From positions 1,398 to 25,397 of the forward strand of contig JBFMAP010000002.1 in assembly GCA_040755655.1 (NCBI GenBank): 24,000 nt of DNA, written 5' to 3'. This document shows, one piece after another, positions 1-9,292 of this stretch. The position numbers were made by a program, and so were the translations under genes. The notes beneath the pieces were generated by a model. The model saw nothing but the letters and a program-made list of their open reading frames with translations. It made no database searches and had not been told where the DNA came from. Every line of letters begins with the position of its first letter. The stretch's first letter is position 1. The DNA is from Candidatus Micrarchaeota archaeon (GTDB lineage: Archaea; Micrarchaeota; Micrarchaeia; Burarchaeales; JBFMAP01).

Positions 1-420
1 ATCGCGCGCATGGCGACCACGATTGGCGGGGGGAAGCCGGTTCTCCAGAGAATGGTCGACCTGAGGGCAGGCAGGCGCTCCACCTGGGAGCGCATAAAGA
101 AAAGTTACGTCGAGCCCACATTCAAAGATGTTACCCCTGGCGACATAAGCATGACGCTTCCGGCGCGCATGGTCACGGATATTATTGAGGGATTGGACGC
201 GCTCAACAAAGTGGTTCCAGGAGTCGCAGAGGATTCCACGCTCATTTATTCCCCTGAAATAAAGTTCCACGCGCTCCGCGTGAGGGTCAGCAGGCACATG
301 GAGACGGATATAAAAAACCTTTTTGCGATAGGTGACGGAGCAGGCGTCTCGCGCGGAATCGTGGGGTCCGCGTTCACGGGAATTCTCGCTGCGCGCGAGA
401 TAGCGAGGCGCGCGAAATAA
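1..420 (+). CDS. FAD-dependent dehydrogenase (COG2509-like), C-terminal fragment; the 5' end lies outside the window
   Basis: The frame is open from nt 1; the ORF track starts at an internal Met at nt 10. The C-terminal ...NLFAIGDGAGVSRGIVGSAFTGILAAREIA is the terminal GD-x-AG FAD-contact motif of this flavoprotein family. Confidence 0.6.
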   Translation: MARMATTIGGGKPVLQRMVDLRAGRRSTWERIKKSYVEPTFKDVTPGDISMTLPARMVTDIIEGLDALNKVVPGVAEDSTLIYSPEIKFHALRVRVSRHMETDIKNLFAIGDGAGVSRGIVGSAFTGILAAREIARRAK

Positions 421-449
421 AAAACAAACAATCGATTAGGAGGATTGGT

Positions 450-950
450 ATGGACGAGATATCTTTTGCCGCGAAATACAAGGAATGGATTTCAATAAAG
501 AAGATGAGCATCGACGAGAGCACGAGCGAGCCTGAAATAGTTCACATGCTCGCGGGATTGTGCGACACCCTGAACAGAAAAGCATTTGAATTCACGCGCA
601 TCGACCTCGCGAAAATAGATGAGTATGCCGCGCGCCTTACCTCTGGAAAGAGGAAGGGGTTCGGCTCTCTAGCGGAGGTTTTCGGAAGCATCAAATCCGC
701 GGAAGCGAAGGAAATACTCGCAGGCTCGCTCTCGGGTGTGAAAATGCCACAGGAGGAGGAAGCAGGGGAAGGCGCGAAAATGACAGGGCCAAAGGCGTTG
801 ATGCCAGTTGCAGAAGCATACCTCATCCAGCGAATACTCGTGAATTTGTGGTATGATGCGGGCGTGGGCGCGGAATCGCTCGCGAAGGCGTACCCGAAAC
901 TGAAGTTCGCGAAGCCAAGGGGAAGGTTCGGCCCTGCGAAAAAGAAATAG
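450..950 (+). CDS. hypothetical protein (166 aa)
   Basis: ATG at 450 is preceded by aggagg at 438-443, complementary to the 16S 3' end in this window. It has a Lys-rich tail and no motif I recognise. Confidence 0.6.
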   Translation: MDEISFAAKYKEWISIKKMSIDESTSEPEIVHMLAGLCDTLNRKAFEFTRIDLAKIDEYAARLTSGKRKGFGSLAEVFGSIKSAEAKEILAGSLSGVKMPQEEEAGEGAKMTGPKALMPVAEAYLIQRILVNLWYDAGVGAESLAKAYPKLKFAKPRGRFGPAKKK

Positions 951-952
951 GA

Positions 953-2380
953 TTAGGTTAATGCTTTCGTTGGGACAAAAATCTTTTTTCCTTCTAATTC
1001 CTTCCCTTTCTTCAACCTCCTGAGGAATATTTTTGTCATCTCCTTCATAGTCTCATCCCTGCACGTTTTTATTGACTCCTTATTCGCTTTGTCCGACCAC
1101 ATCGAGGGATATTCGGAAAACTCGTACTCTGTCCTGTATCCTCCCTTGCTGAATTCGGTGAGAAAGTAGGGATCAACAAAATCTGTTAGTCCTTTTTTCA
1201 TAAAAGAGCGAATTTTGGTTTTTGTACGTTGCATTTCCTCCTCAGTTTCTCCGGGCAGACCAAATTGAACATTGCAAAGCGTATAAAGCCCTGCGTTTTT
1301 CGCGTTTTCTAATGCTTTGGGAAGCTCGTCCACTTTGAATTTCCCTCCCCAAAATTCATCCACAAGCCGCTGGTGAAAGCTTTCGACTCCAAATTGCACT
1401 TCAACAATTCCTGCATCCTTAAAAAGTCTCGTTGCGTCTCGGAATTTTTCAATAAACTCAAGAAAAGATGAAACCCTGCATTGGAATGAAAACGTAATGG
1501 AACTGTTTGATGGCTTGCTTCTCCAACTCGATATTTTCAGTAATAATTCGCGCGCGGCATTTGGATTCGCGAGGAAATCATCGTCTGCTATGAAGAAGTA
1601 ATTCGTCCCAAAGCGTTCTTTCATTTCTTCAAGTGCTTTCAGAATTCTCTCTGGGTCGTTTGCTGTCTTAAGATTCTTGCCCGAGGTTACCAGACACGCC
1701 TTACAGGAAGTTTTGTGAGAGCCATATAGACAACCTCTCTGAAAATATATCCTTCCAATCGGCATCGGTGTAGGTGGCACAAAGGAAACATCAGGATAAA
1801 GAAACTCTTCGTAACGTTTTTTGAATTCGGAGGAAAGTGATTCGGGAACCGAAATGTTCGTAATCACTGAGGAGGATGGTTTCCATCCTTTTGCAACCGC
1901 AAAGAGCGGGATGAAGCCATCTCCGTGCACAATCAGGTCAATGTTTTTCATTGAGTTTACGAGATTTATGTACTGGCCACCGACAATTGTGAGAACATCT
2001 GGCCAGCGCTTTTTTGCTGTGGTAGCGAGTTTTTCCGTAATTGGCAAGGACGAGGCGTGAGGGGAGGAGAAAGCCACGAAAAAAGGTTTTTCTGGAAAAG
2101 AGCTAAGCTCTTGACGTATCTTTTTCTCACTGCCGGCGAGATAGGTTACGTTTATCCCCTCATTTTTAAGTATCGGCGCGAAAGATAGCAGCGCGAAATT
2201 CAGAAGATGTGTGTTCTCCGCATTTTTTAGCGATTCGGGCGCTAGGTTTCTGTAAACCGTTTGTAATCTGTATAGAAAATATGCTTCTAAAAATTCCTCT
2301 TTAAGTTTCTTGTATGTGGTGCTTTCTTTTTCTGTCGTGGAACCGCAGGGCACGTGAATCAAGAGGGCATTTTTTCCCAT
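953..2380 (-). CDS. B12-binding-domain-like radical SAM protein with an atypical Cys motif
   Basis: The N-terminal Rossmann-like part (FFVAFSSPHASS...LTIVGGQY...DLIVHGDG) resembles the cobalamin-binding domain of class B radical SAM enzymes. The core has IADDDF and VQFGVESF. The cluster motif reads RGC-LYGSHKTS-C-KA-C (Cx8Cx2C), not CxxxCxxC. ATG at 2380 lies 14 nt after the stop of the upstream gene, so the two form an operon. Confidence 0.65.
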   Translation of the reverse strand: MGKNALLIHVPCGSTTEKESTTYKKLKEEFLEAYFLYRLQTVYRNLAPESLKNAENTHLLNFALLSFAPILKNEGINVTYLAGSEKKIRQELSSFPEKPFFVAFSSPHASSLPITEKLATTAKKRWPDVLTIVGGQYINLVNSMKNIDLIVHGDGFIPLFAVAKGWKPSSSVITNISVPESLSSEFKKRYEEFLYPDVSFVPPTPMPIGRIYFQRGCLYGSHKTSCKACLVTSGKNLKTANDPERILKALEEMKERFGTNYFFIADDDFLANPNAARELLLKISSWRSKPSNSSITFSFQCRVSSFLEFIEKFRDATRLFKDAGIVEVQFGVESFHQRLVDEFWGGKFKVDELPKALENAKNAGLYTLCNVQFGLPGETEEEMQRTKTKIRSFMKKGLTDFVDPYFLTEFSKGGYRTEYEFSEYPSMWSDKANKESIKTCRDETMKEMTKIFLRRLKKGKELEGKKIFVPTKALT

Positions 2381-2394
2381 TTTATCATCTCGGA

Positions 2395-3597
2395 CTAGGA
2401 AGCGCCGAATTTTTCCCTAAGGCGTTTTATGACTTCCTCAAACATACGCTCTGGCAGTGTCTTGTATTTTGGTGGGCAGTGGCAGTTGAACTTGTTATCA
2501 CAACGTCCATGCGTCATGTCCTCCAAGAATTTGGCTACCCTTTTCAAGATAAGTTCAAGCGGTTCCAGCCTGATGTTGCCAAGAGGAGTGCTATAGCCAG
2601 GACATGCGGTCACGTTGCCGTTTAGAGTAAGATAGATTCCGCGCGGCGCTTTTTCGTCATATGCTATCTGGTTACAAGGATGTATTCCGGGAAGTGCGGA
2701 TATGCCTTCTTTTTCGACCTGTGAAAGCGTTTGTAAACCATGTTCTATGTTGTATGAGTATATATCGAACCACAGTTTGATTTTCTCCTCGGTCGAGATG
2801 TCGACGAACTTGAGAAACTTATCTGTGAACTGCATGCCGCTAGTCATTAATGCTGCAGTAACAGGGTAGATGTTGCGCTCTCTTGCAAACACGTAGATAT
2901 CGTAGATTTCCTCTGCATTTTCTTTTACAATCGGATTCGAGCAGAGCGCAAGACGTGTTGGCGTTGCGCTGTTAAAGCCGGCCTCGACGAGATTTGAAAG
3001 CGCCATGTTGCGGATTTCGGTGTATCCTGTCGTGCCGCCAACCAGTTTATCCTGTCTCTCTGGATAAAAGGACTGAAATGAGAGCATAACGCTAGTTTTT
3101 AACTCATACAGCGCTTTGCAAAAATCCAAGGCATTCTTAAACCCGAGATATTCAAAATGTTTTCTTGTTTCCTCATCGTTTCCAATCACATGCCCTTTCG
3201 TGAATATCCCGACTCCTATGTTATTCTTGTTCATCTCGCGTAGAAATTCAAAGAATCCCTTGTTTTCAAATGGCTCGCCAGCACCGCATATCTTGACTGT
3301 TTCCAAGCCAAACTTTTTTGCATTGATTATGAATTTGGTCAATTCCTCGGGCGTGAGGTCTCTCATCGGACCCTCATCGAGAACGCTTTCTCTTCGGAAG
3401 CAGGTAGGGCAGTGCAAAGAGCAATTGTTCCCAAAGTCGATATCCATCATAAGAAGTTTCCCTTTGCTTTTCCGGAGTTTTTCCTCGCTGAAAAAGCCCC
3501 AGTTAGGAAACTCATTCGCCATAGAGGTATTTCTGAACATTGCGTCGTTTTTTGGAATCTGCGGGACAATTTTTTGCATAACCACACCACCACGCAT
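2395..3597 (-). CDS. radical SAM protein with a C-terminal SPASM/twitch-like Cys-rich domain
   Basis: Canonical NCSLHCPTCF (CxxxCxxC), a GAGEPF SAM-binding motif, and C-terminal Cys residues (HPCNQ...TACPG...GRCDNKFNCHCPP). The start may instead be the ATG at 3579, which is preceded by GGTGGTG. Confidence 0.75.
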   Translation of the reverse strand: MRGGVVMQKIVPQIPKNDAMFRNTSMANEFPNWGFFSEEKLRKSKGKLLMMDIDFGNNCSLHCPTCFRRESVLDEGPMRDLTPEELTKFIINAKKFGLETVKICGAGEPFENKGFFEFLREMNKNNIGVGIFTKGHVIGNDEETRKHFEYLGFKNALDFCKALYELKTSVMLSFQSFYPERQDKLVGGTTGYTEIRNMALSNLVEAGFNSATPTRLALCSNPIVKENAEEIYDIYVFARERNIYPVTAALMTSGMQFTDKFLKFVDISTEEKIKLWFDIYSYNIEHGLQTLSQVEKEGISALPGIHPCNQIAYDEKAPRGIYLTLNGNVTACPGYSTPLGNIRLEPLELILKRVAKFLEDMTHGRCDNKFNCHCPPKYKTLPERMFEEVIKRLREKFGAS

Positions 3598-3711
3598 AGA
3601 CGCCTAGCAGCACAGCTAGCGTGCGAATTGGGGATATCATTCTGTGGTTATTATGCACTTCAGCGGATATTAAACCTTGCAACGAAAAATGCCAAACATT
3701 TAAAAATATTG

Positions 3712-3729
3712 AGTATATAATTATATACT
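3712..3729. promoter_or_regulatory. perfect 18-nt palindrome AGTATATAA/TTATATACT abutting the Lrp start codon; candidate operator
   Basis: agtatataattatatact is its own reverse complement. It sits between a TATA-like tttaaaaata (3698-3707) and the ATG at 3730. Confidence 0.4.
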
Positions 3730-4719
3730 ATGGCAAATAGTCTTGTGGATAGGACAGACATGAAAATCCTCTACCATCTCGACGTCGACGCCCGCCAGCC
3801 TTATTCCATAATCGCAAAGAAGCTTAGGATATCGGATGACGCAGTACAGTACCGCGTGACGAGGATGCAGAAGGAGGGCATCATAAAGGGCTTTTATGCC
3901 GTGATAGACCCGTCGGCGCTCGGATACCTGAGCTGCAGGTTCTTCATCAAATTCCACCTCACGACCCCGAAGATGGAGAAGGAGATTGTCGATTATCTCG
4001 TGAACGACCCGCAGTATTGGTGGGTGGACAGCATAGACGGATTCAGGGACTTGGGCGTTGCCTGCTGGCTGCCCAACACAGTTGAATTTGGGAAAAAGAA
4101 AGAGGAACTGCAGGAAAAATTCCGCGAGAATGCGGATATAGTGCAGGAATCCATCTATTCAACGTTTTACCTCTATTCGAGGGCATATCTCGTTGGCAAG
4201 GATGTTGACGATGCAGAGCCAGTAGTATTATGCAGGGAGAAGAAAACGGACGTGGATGCGCTTGACTGGAGGATACTCGAACTTATTGGAAAAAACGCGC
4301 GCGTCTCAAGCCTGGAAATCGCGAAAAAACTGGGCATAACGCCGCCGACCGCGCTCAGCAGGCTGAAACTCCTCAAACAAAAAAACATAATCAGGAGATA
4401 CAGGCCGATGATTGATTTGGGAAAGCTCGGATATTATTGGTACAAGATAGAGTTCAAACTTAGGGACTACGCCGTAAAGAAAAAAATGCTTGATTTTTTC
4501 GCAAGACATCCGAACATCGTGTATGCGTACGAGGCAATCGGCGGCGCGGATTTGGAGGTCGAACTTGAGGTCGAGTCGTACGAGCATTTCAGGGAGATAC
4601 TGGACAGCATCAAGGAAAAATTCGGGGAGGAAATCGAGGATTACCAGCACCTGCTGTGGTACAAGGAGCATAAAATAACGTACATACCGTATCGACCGAG
4701 AGCCGAACCGCAATCCTAA
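3730..4719 (+). CDS. tandem (duplicated) Lrp/AsnC-family transcriptional regulator
   Basis: There are two HTH_AsnC-like modules: DMKILYHLDVDARQPYSIIAKKLRISDDAVQYRVTRMQKEGIIKGF and LDWRILELIGKNARVSSLEIAKKLGITPPTALSRLKLLKQKNIIRRY. Each is followed by an about 80-aa RAM-like region. Confidence 0.8.
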   Translation: MANSLVDRTDMKILYHLDVDARQPYSIIAKKLRISDDAVQYRVTRMQKEGIIKGFYAVIDPSALGYLSCRFFIKFHLTTPKMEKEIVDYLVNDPQYWWVDSIDGFRDLGVACWLPNTVEFGKKKEELQEKFRENADIVQESIYSTFYLYSRAYLVGKDVDDAEPVVLCREKKTDVDALDWRILELIGKNARVSSLEIAKKLGITPPTALSRLKLLKQKNIIRRYRPMIDLGKLGYYWYKIEFKLRDYAVKKKMLDFFARHPNIVYAYEAIGGADLEVELEVESYEHFREILDSIKEKFGEEIEDYQHLLWYKEHKITYIPYRPRAEPQS

Positions 4720-4767
4720 GCAGGGGATAGTTTTATTTTCCTCTCCTTCTTTAACTATTACCCGCGC

Positions 4768-4841
4768 GGGGGAATGGGCTAGCCTGGTTATGCTTCTGGG
4801 TTTGGGACCCAGCGACCTGAGTTCAAATCTCAGTTCCCCCA
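4768..4841 (+). tRNA. tRNA-Pro (anticodon UGG)
   Basis: Acceptor GGGGGAA/TTCCCCC. Anticodon stem CTGGG/CCCAG with loop TT-TGG-GA. T-arm CTGAG-TTCAAAT-CTCAG. Discriminator A. No encoded CCA. Confidence 0.85.
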
Positions 4842-4885
4842 TGTTTTTAAAATAGTTTATCCACATAATAGCCCGAGGATGAGAC

Positions 4886-6355
4886 ATGAAAATAAAAATA
4901 TCGCGGTGCATGAGCACCCAGCACCCTGACAACGTGGCGAACCCGTTCTTCTCAGACCACGCGCTCATTCAGGGCGAGACCGAGGTAAAGGAAGCGTACT
5001 ACGTGTTCTCGCACTTGGAGTGCAGGGAGCAGATGTGGGACTGCGAGGGAAAGGAAGTGGATAATTTCGTCATTGAGAAACTCCTCTCGCGGTACGAGCA
5101 CTTCTTCAAAGAAAATGTGATAGGAAAAGATATTTTCATGACCCTGCGCGTGCCGAACCCAGCAATCGAGAAGAACGAGGGGAAAATCCTTCTCGAGACT
5201 CTTGAATCCATTCCACGGAACTACGATATCGCGCGCGCCCTTTACTCGGACGTCGCGCCCATTTTCGAGGTGATTCTGCCGATGACGTCCTCGTCCGCGG
5301 AGTTGGGGAGGATTTGGCAGTACTACAAGAAAATCGTCGTCGGGAAGGCGGGCGCGCGCCTCGCGAAAAACGACATCAGCATTTCAGAGTGGATTGGCGA
5401 TTTCAGGCCAGGGGAAATAAACGTGATTCCGCTCGTCGAGAATTTCGACAGCCTCCTTAATTCCGCGCGCATAACAGGCGAGTATATCAAAGGGAAGAGG
5501 CTCGAGTACCAGCGCGTTTTCCTCGCGCGAAGCGACCCTGCGCTGAATTACGGCTCCGTGAGTGCCGTTCTCCTCAACAAAATCGCGCTCCAGAGGCTGC
5601 ACGCTCTCGAGGAAAAAACATCTGTCGAGATTCTTCCGATTATCGGGGTGGGAAGCGCGCCTTTCAGGGGCAACATGAAGCCCACGAACACAGGCAACTG
5701 CGCGACGGAGTACCCGAGCGTCCAGACTTTCACGCTCCAATCAGCATTCAAGTACGACTACCCTGAAAAAAGCGTGTGCGACGCGATTGAGAAATTGAAC
5801 GGAACGAAAAGAAACAAGCCGCTTTTCATCGACGAGGGCGCGGCGATGAGGCTCATAAAGAAAGTGATGAAGGAGTATCAATCGCAAATCACTCTTCTCT
5901 GCCCGCTGATAAACAGCATCGCGCGCCACGTGCCTGCGAGGAGAAGCAGAAAGTTGCACATCGGGCTGTTCGGATACTCGCGCAGTTTGAAGGGGATAAA
6001 ACTCCCGCGCGTCATCAGTTTCTGCGCCTCTCTTTACTCAATTGGGATTCCCCCCGAGATGCTGGGGCTGAGCGCGCTCACAGAAAAGGAAATGGAGGAG
6101 TTGAAGAACATTTACGTCGGCTTTGAGGAGGATTTGAGGGACGCGCTCGCGTACGCGAACGAGGAGAATTTCAAATACCTTCCGGCCGCGCTCGGAAAGA
6201 AACTGAAAAAGTCTAAAAAACTCGTCGAGAGCGAGACAAATGCCGACCACGCCGAAATCACGAGTAGGGTGATGAGGAGCGCGGGCAGAGGGGAGACAGG
6301 GGAGCTCCGCGAGGACATCGAGAAGGCTGCGTGGATAAGGAAATTCCTGGGGTAA
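4886..6355 (+). CDS. ppcA: archaeal-type phosphoenolpyruvate carboxylase
   Basis: The N-terminal RCMSTQHPDNV signature and the about 490-aa length match the archaeal-type PEPC family. TATA-like tttttaaaata lies about 35 nt upstream. Confidence 0.85.
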   Translation: MKIKISRCMSTQHPDNVANPFFSDHALIQGETEVKEAYYVFSHLECREQMWDCEGKEVDNFVIEKLLSRYEHFFKENVIGKDIFMTLRVPNPAIEKNEGKILLETLESIPRNYDIARALYSDVAPIFEVILPMTSSSAELGRIWQYYKKIVVGKAGARLAKNDISISEWIGDFRPGEINVIPLVENFDSLLNSARITGEYIKGKRLEYQRVFLARSDPALNYGSVSAVLLNKIALQRLHALEEKTSVEILPIIGVGSAPFRGNMKPTNTGNCATEYPSVQTFTLQSAFKYDYPEKSVCDAIEKLNGTKRNKPLFIDEGAAMRLIKKVMKEYQSQITLLCPLINSIARHVPARRSRKLHIGLFGYSRSLKGIKLPRVISFCASLYSIGIPPEMLGLSALTEKEMEELKNIYVGFEEDLRDALAYANEENFKYLPAALGKKLKKSKKLVESETNADHAEITSRVMRSAGRGETGELREDIEKAAWIRKFLG

Positions 6356-6359
6356 TTCG

Positions 6360-6791
6360 CTACCATTCCTTATTTCTCAGAAAACTTTCCGCCTTCCTTA
6401 AAACTTTTCTCGCGCTCTCGTATGTCAGCTGATTGAGCGCGTCCTCGTAATTCGACCACGCGAATCCGGTGTGCTCGCGCGAAAGCCTTATTTCGCGCGC
6501 ATCAACCCGCGCGAGGAAGAAAACCACCTCCTTGAAAAAAGTCTGCCCCTCGCGCGTATAAAAATATTTTATTTTCTCATTGAAACCAAGTTCGAACTCA
6601 AGCTCGCCAGCGCGGATTCCGGTCTCCTCAAGTATCTCGCGCCGAGCCGCCTGCTCCTCGCTCTCATTTTCCTCCACATGGCCCTTCGGGAAATCCCAGT
6701 GCCCTGCCTCGTAGTGAAGCAGAAGATATTCGCGCGCGCCGTCCTTATTTTCCGAATAGATTATTGCGCCTGCGGAGTTTTCTTTCGGCAT
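6360..6791 (-). CDS. Nudix hydrolase (Ap4A-hydrolase-like)
   Basis: Nudix box GHWDFPKGHVEENESEEQAARREILEETGI. The ORF-track start at 6809 is TTG. The first ATG is at 6791 (MPKENSAGAIIY). Confidence 0.85.
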   Translation of the reverse strand: MPKENSAGAIIYSENKDGAREYLLLHYEAGHWDFPKGHVEENESEEQAARREILEETGIRAGELEFELGFNEKIKYFYTREGQTFFKEVVFFLARVDAREIRLSREHTGFAWSNYEDALNQLTYESARKVLRKAESFLRNKEW

Positions 6792-6812
6792 AATACCACT
6801 CGTTTTCAATTT

Positions 6813-7280
6813 TCAGGTTTCAATCTCCTTGCACATCACATATATTGCCTCGCGCACTCCGGGCGTTATTTTTTTCAGCGCGAACCCGAAATTTCTGTAA
6901 AGATTTATCGCGGGTAAATTTGAGGACTTAACCTTTATCCATATTTTCCTCGCCCCGTTCCTCCGCGCGAACGAAAGCGCGCGATTGAGGAGCGCGCTCC
7001 CTATTCCCTTTCCCTCGTGCCTCCCGTCAACCGCAATCCCATAAATAACTGCACGCGCGCCTGATATTTTCAAATCGACGAAACCAACCACGCGCTCGTT
7101 AATTTCTGCGACGAAGTAGCGCGCGCCCCTCGCAATTCTCTCCTGAACTTTCGCGAGGTTCATCTCCGTGTAGGGAAAGAACGTGTTCGTGAGCGCGACC
7201 ACGCTCTCGTAATCCTTACGCTTTATTTTGCGTATGCGCGCGCCAGTGAACATGTCAGGCATTCGGGGCATCGCGGGCAT
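6813..7280 (-). CDS. GNAT-family N-acetyltransferase (RimI-like)
   Basis: Acetyl-CoA motif A: IAVDGRHEGKGIGSALLNRALSFARRNG. There are several in-frame Met codons at the N-terminus, so the true start is uncertain. Confidence 0.8.
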   Translation of the reverse strand: MPAMPRMPDMFTGARIRKIKRKDYESVVALTNTFFPYTEMNLAKVQERIARGARYFVAEINERVVGFVDLKISGARAVIYGIAVDGRHEGKGIGSALLNRALSFARRNGARKIWIKVKSSNLPAINLYRNFGFALKKITPGVREAIYVMCKEIET

Positions 7281-7349
7281 GGTAATGTTTCGCGCGCGAG
7301 ATAATAAATTTTTATCGCATAGTATCCGCTGCGCGCGTCGCCTCTCCTT

Positions 7350-7383
7350 TTTAAAGGCTTACGATATAGCGTAAACCTTTAAA
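7350..7383. promoter_or_regulatory. imperfect inverted repeat in the divergent GNAT/ATPase intergenic region, with TATA-like ends
   Basis: tttaaaggcttacg-atatag-cgtaaacctttaaa; 13 of 14 positions are complementary. tttaaa at both ends could serve the two divergent genes. Confidence 0.35.
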
Positions 7384-7406
7384 TACCCCTGAGAGTATAT
7401 AGTCTC

Positions 7407-8594
7407 ATGAACGAACACGCATGGAAAATAATTGAAAGTAGGAATTTCTGGCGCAGGGGACCGGAGACAGGGGTGCCTCGGGACGTAACAGAGGAGATAC
7501 TAAAGTACATGAATAGACCGGAGGTTTTATACCTTTACGGTCCAAGGCGGGCAGGCAAAACAACGGTGTGCATGCAGCTCATAAAACATCTTTCAAAAAA
7601 ATACGGGAGGACTTCCTCCGTATACATAAACTTCGAGGAGCCCGCGTTCTCGAGCATGCTGAGCAACGAATTCCTGGAGTGGATAGCGGAAAAATACGCG
7701 TCTGTTTTCTCAAGAAAGCCGAGGTTTGTATTCTTTGATGAAATTCAGAACGTCCCGGCCTGGGAGAAATTTGTCAGAGGCGTCGTGGATAGAAGGGAAT
7801 TTAAAATAATAGTTACCGGCTCCTCTGCAAAATTGCTCAGCTCGGAGTTTTCCACCTCGCTTGGAGGCAGGGGGTTCGGCTTTCGCGTTCTCCCGTTCTC
7901 CTTCATGGAGTTCAAAAAAGCCCTGAAAAAAGCAACTCTTTCGAACTATCTGAAAACCGGGGGTTATCCGGCAGTGGTTCTGGAGAAAGACAGGGAAAAA
8001 CAGGATAGGCAGCTTGAGGAGTATTTCGAGACGGCGATAACAAGGGACATAGCCATAAGGCACGAGGTGAGGGACGTTCCGACGCTGAGGACCCTGGCGG
8101 TATACGTTCTGACAAACTCCGGGAAAATGTTCAGCTACAACAAGCTGCGGGCCCTCACAGGCCTGTCCTTCGATGCGATAAAAACCTATCTCTCATATCT
8201 TGAGGAGGCTTTCGTGGTCTTCCAGGTCCCGTTTTTCTCCTACTCGTTAAAGAAAGCGCTTGAAAAACCAAGGAAATACTACGCTTATGACACGGGCCTG
8301 CAGGGAGTGCTCTCAAAATCTTTCAGCCCTGACCTTGGCAGACGCCTGGAGAACGCTGTCGCGGTTGAACTTGTGAGGAGAAACAAGGAGATCCAGTACT
8401 ACTCAAACAAAACCGAAGTGGATTTTGTCATAAAGGAGGGACTGAACCTGAGCGCGCTGAACGTATGCGCTTCCGAAAAAATTCCAAAAAGAGAAAAAAG
8501 CGGGCTGGAGGCTTTCGCAAGGGAGTTTAAAGTTGAAAACGTTCTCCTGCTTAATGGCGAAAAACGCGTCTCGAAATGGCTGCTGGGGGAATAA
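7407..8594 (+). CDS. AAA+ ATPase of the COG1373 / DUF4143 type
   Basis: Walker A YGPRRAGKTT, Walker B FVFFDEIQ, and an about 395-aa architecture typical of this family. Confidence 0.75.
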   Translation: MNEHAWKIIESRNFWRRGPETGVPRDVTEEILKYMNRPEVLYLYGPRRAGKTTVCMQLIKHLSKKYGRTSSVYINFEEPAFSSMLSNEFLEWIAEKYASVFSRKPRFVFFDEIQNVPAWEKFVRGVVDRREFKIIVTGSSAKLLSSEFSTSLGGRGFGFRVLPFSFMEFKKALKKATLSNYLKTGGYPAVVLEKDREKQDRQLEEYFETAITRDIAIRHEVRDVPTLRTLAVYVLTNSGKMFSYNKLRALTGLSFDAIKTYLSYLEEAFVVFQVPFFSYSLKKALEKPRKYYAYDTGLQGVLSKSFSPDLGRRLENAVAVELVRRNKEIQYYSNKTEVDFVIKEGLNLSALNVCASEKIPKREKSGLEAFAREFKVENVLLLNGEKRVSKWLLGE

Positions 8595-8843
8595 GCATGT
8601 ACACTAGTGGATGAGGAATGAAAAAAAGATTAAACCGGAAGAAAGTGTTTTTTGGGACATCTGCACGAAATTAACCGGACGCGGAAATTGGCTTTAGTAA
8701 CGGCGGGCTCGCAGATCGCGTGAGCTTTCTGCTTACACCCCCGTCCTATCAAAAGGGTCTGCTACCCTCGCCTCATATCGCCTCGTTTTGAGAGTGGCTT
8801 CGTCCTTAGATGCTTTCAGGTCTTATCCATCAGTGCTTTGCCC

Positions 8844-8872
8844 GGCGCGCGCTAAAAAACACGCGACGCGCC
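8844..8872 (-). repeat. GC-hairpin/oligo-U element, copy 1 (29 nt), near the 23S 3' end (about E. coli 2735)
   Basis: RNA sense is GGCGCGTCGCGTGTTTTTTAGCGCGCGCC. It has the same core as the copies at 9769 and 12039. Confidence 0.55.
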
Positions 8873-8998
8873 GTGTGGCTGCCCGGCAGTGCATTTCACA
8901 ACCGGTAGACTAGAGGCACCGAACCCCAGTTCCTCTCGTACTCAGGGGTTCTTACTCTCAGGCGATCAACACTTCTAGGAGATACTACCGAACTGTCT

Positions 8999-9036
8999 TT
9001 GTCGCCCTTCTGACGAAATAAAATTGTCATTAGGGT
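8999..9036 (-). other. 23S insertion, 38 nt, ORF-less (putative mini-intron), about E. coli 2595
   Basis: The conserved accgaactgtct|cgcgacgttctgaaccc (reverse complement of GGGTTCAGAACGTCGCGA|AGACAGTTCGGT) is split. The insert can pair CCCT/AGGG and TGAC/GTCA. Confidence 0.7.
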
Positions 9037-9160
9037 CGCGACGTTCTGAACCCAGCTCGTGTAGGTCTTTAATGGATGAACAACCCAACCATTGGCGGCT
9101 CCTGCACCGCCAGGATGACCTAAGCCGACAGCGATGTACCAAACCGCGGGGTCGATACGT

Positions 9161-9211
9161 ACAACTAACGCTAGTGACGAAACGAAAACCAGTCAACTAG
9201 CGAGAGTTTGG
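9161..9211 (-). other. 23S insertion, about 51 nt, ORF-less, about E. coli 2480
   Basis: There is extra sequence between gtcgatacgt and gtactctcgcccgcgacga, where archaeal 23S normally has only a few nt. It contains ctagtgac/gtcaactag-type pairing. Boundaries are uncertain. Confidence 0.5.
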
Positions 9212-9236
9212 GTACTCTCGCCCGCGACGAGCCTGT

Positions 9237-9292
9237 CTTGGGTCTCGTTAGAAACGCACTGGAAATTCCAGCGCTACGCGTAGCTAACGAGA
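9237..9292 (-). other. 23S insertion, 56 nt, ORF-less, inside GGGGATAA^CAGGCT (about E. coli 2450, PTC core)
   Basis: RNA sense reads CCCCGGGGGTAA|TCTCGTTAG...CTAACGAGACCCAAG|ACAGGCTCG. There is a 9-bp terminal stem TCTCGTTAG/CTAACGAGA. Confidence 0.7.

Noticed and set aside
4306-4968. A 220-aa minus-strand ORF
   Set aside because: It overlaps the well-supported Lrp gene, the whole tRNA-Pro and the ppcA start. It is an antisense artefact.
8595-8667. A 5S rRNA gene downstream of the 23S
   Set aside because: Only about 70 nt are available, and part of that is the 23S processing stem. No 5S-like sequence was seen.
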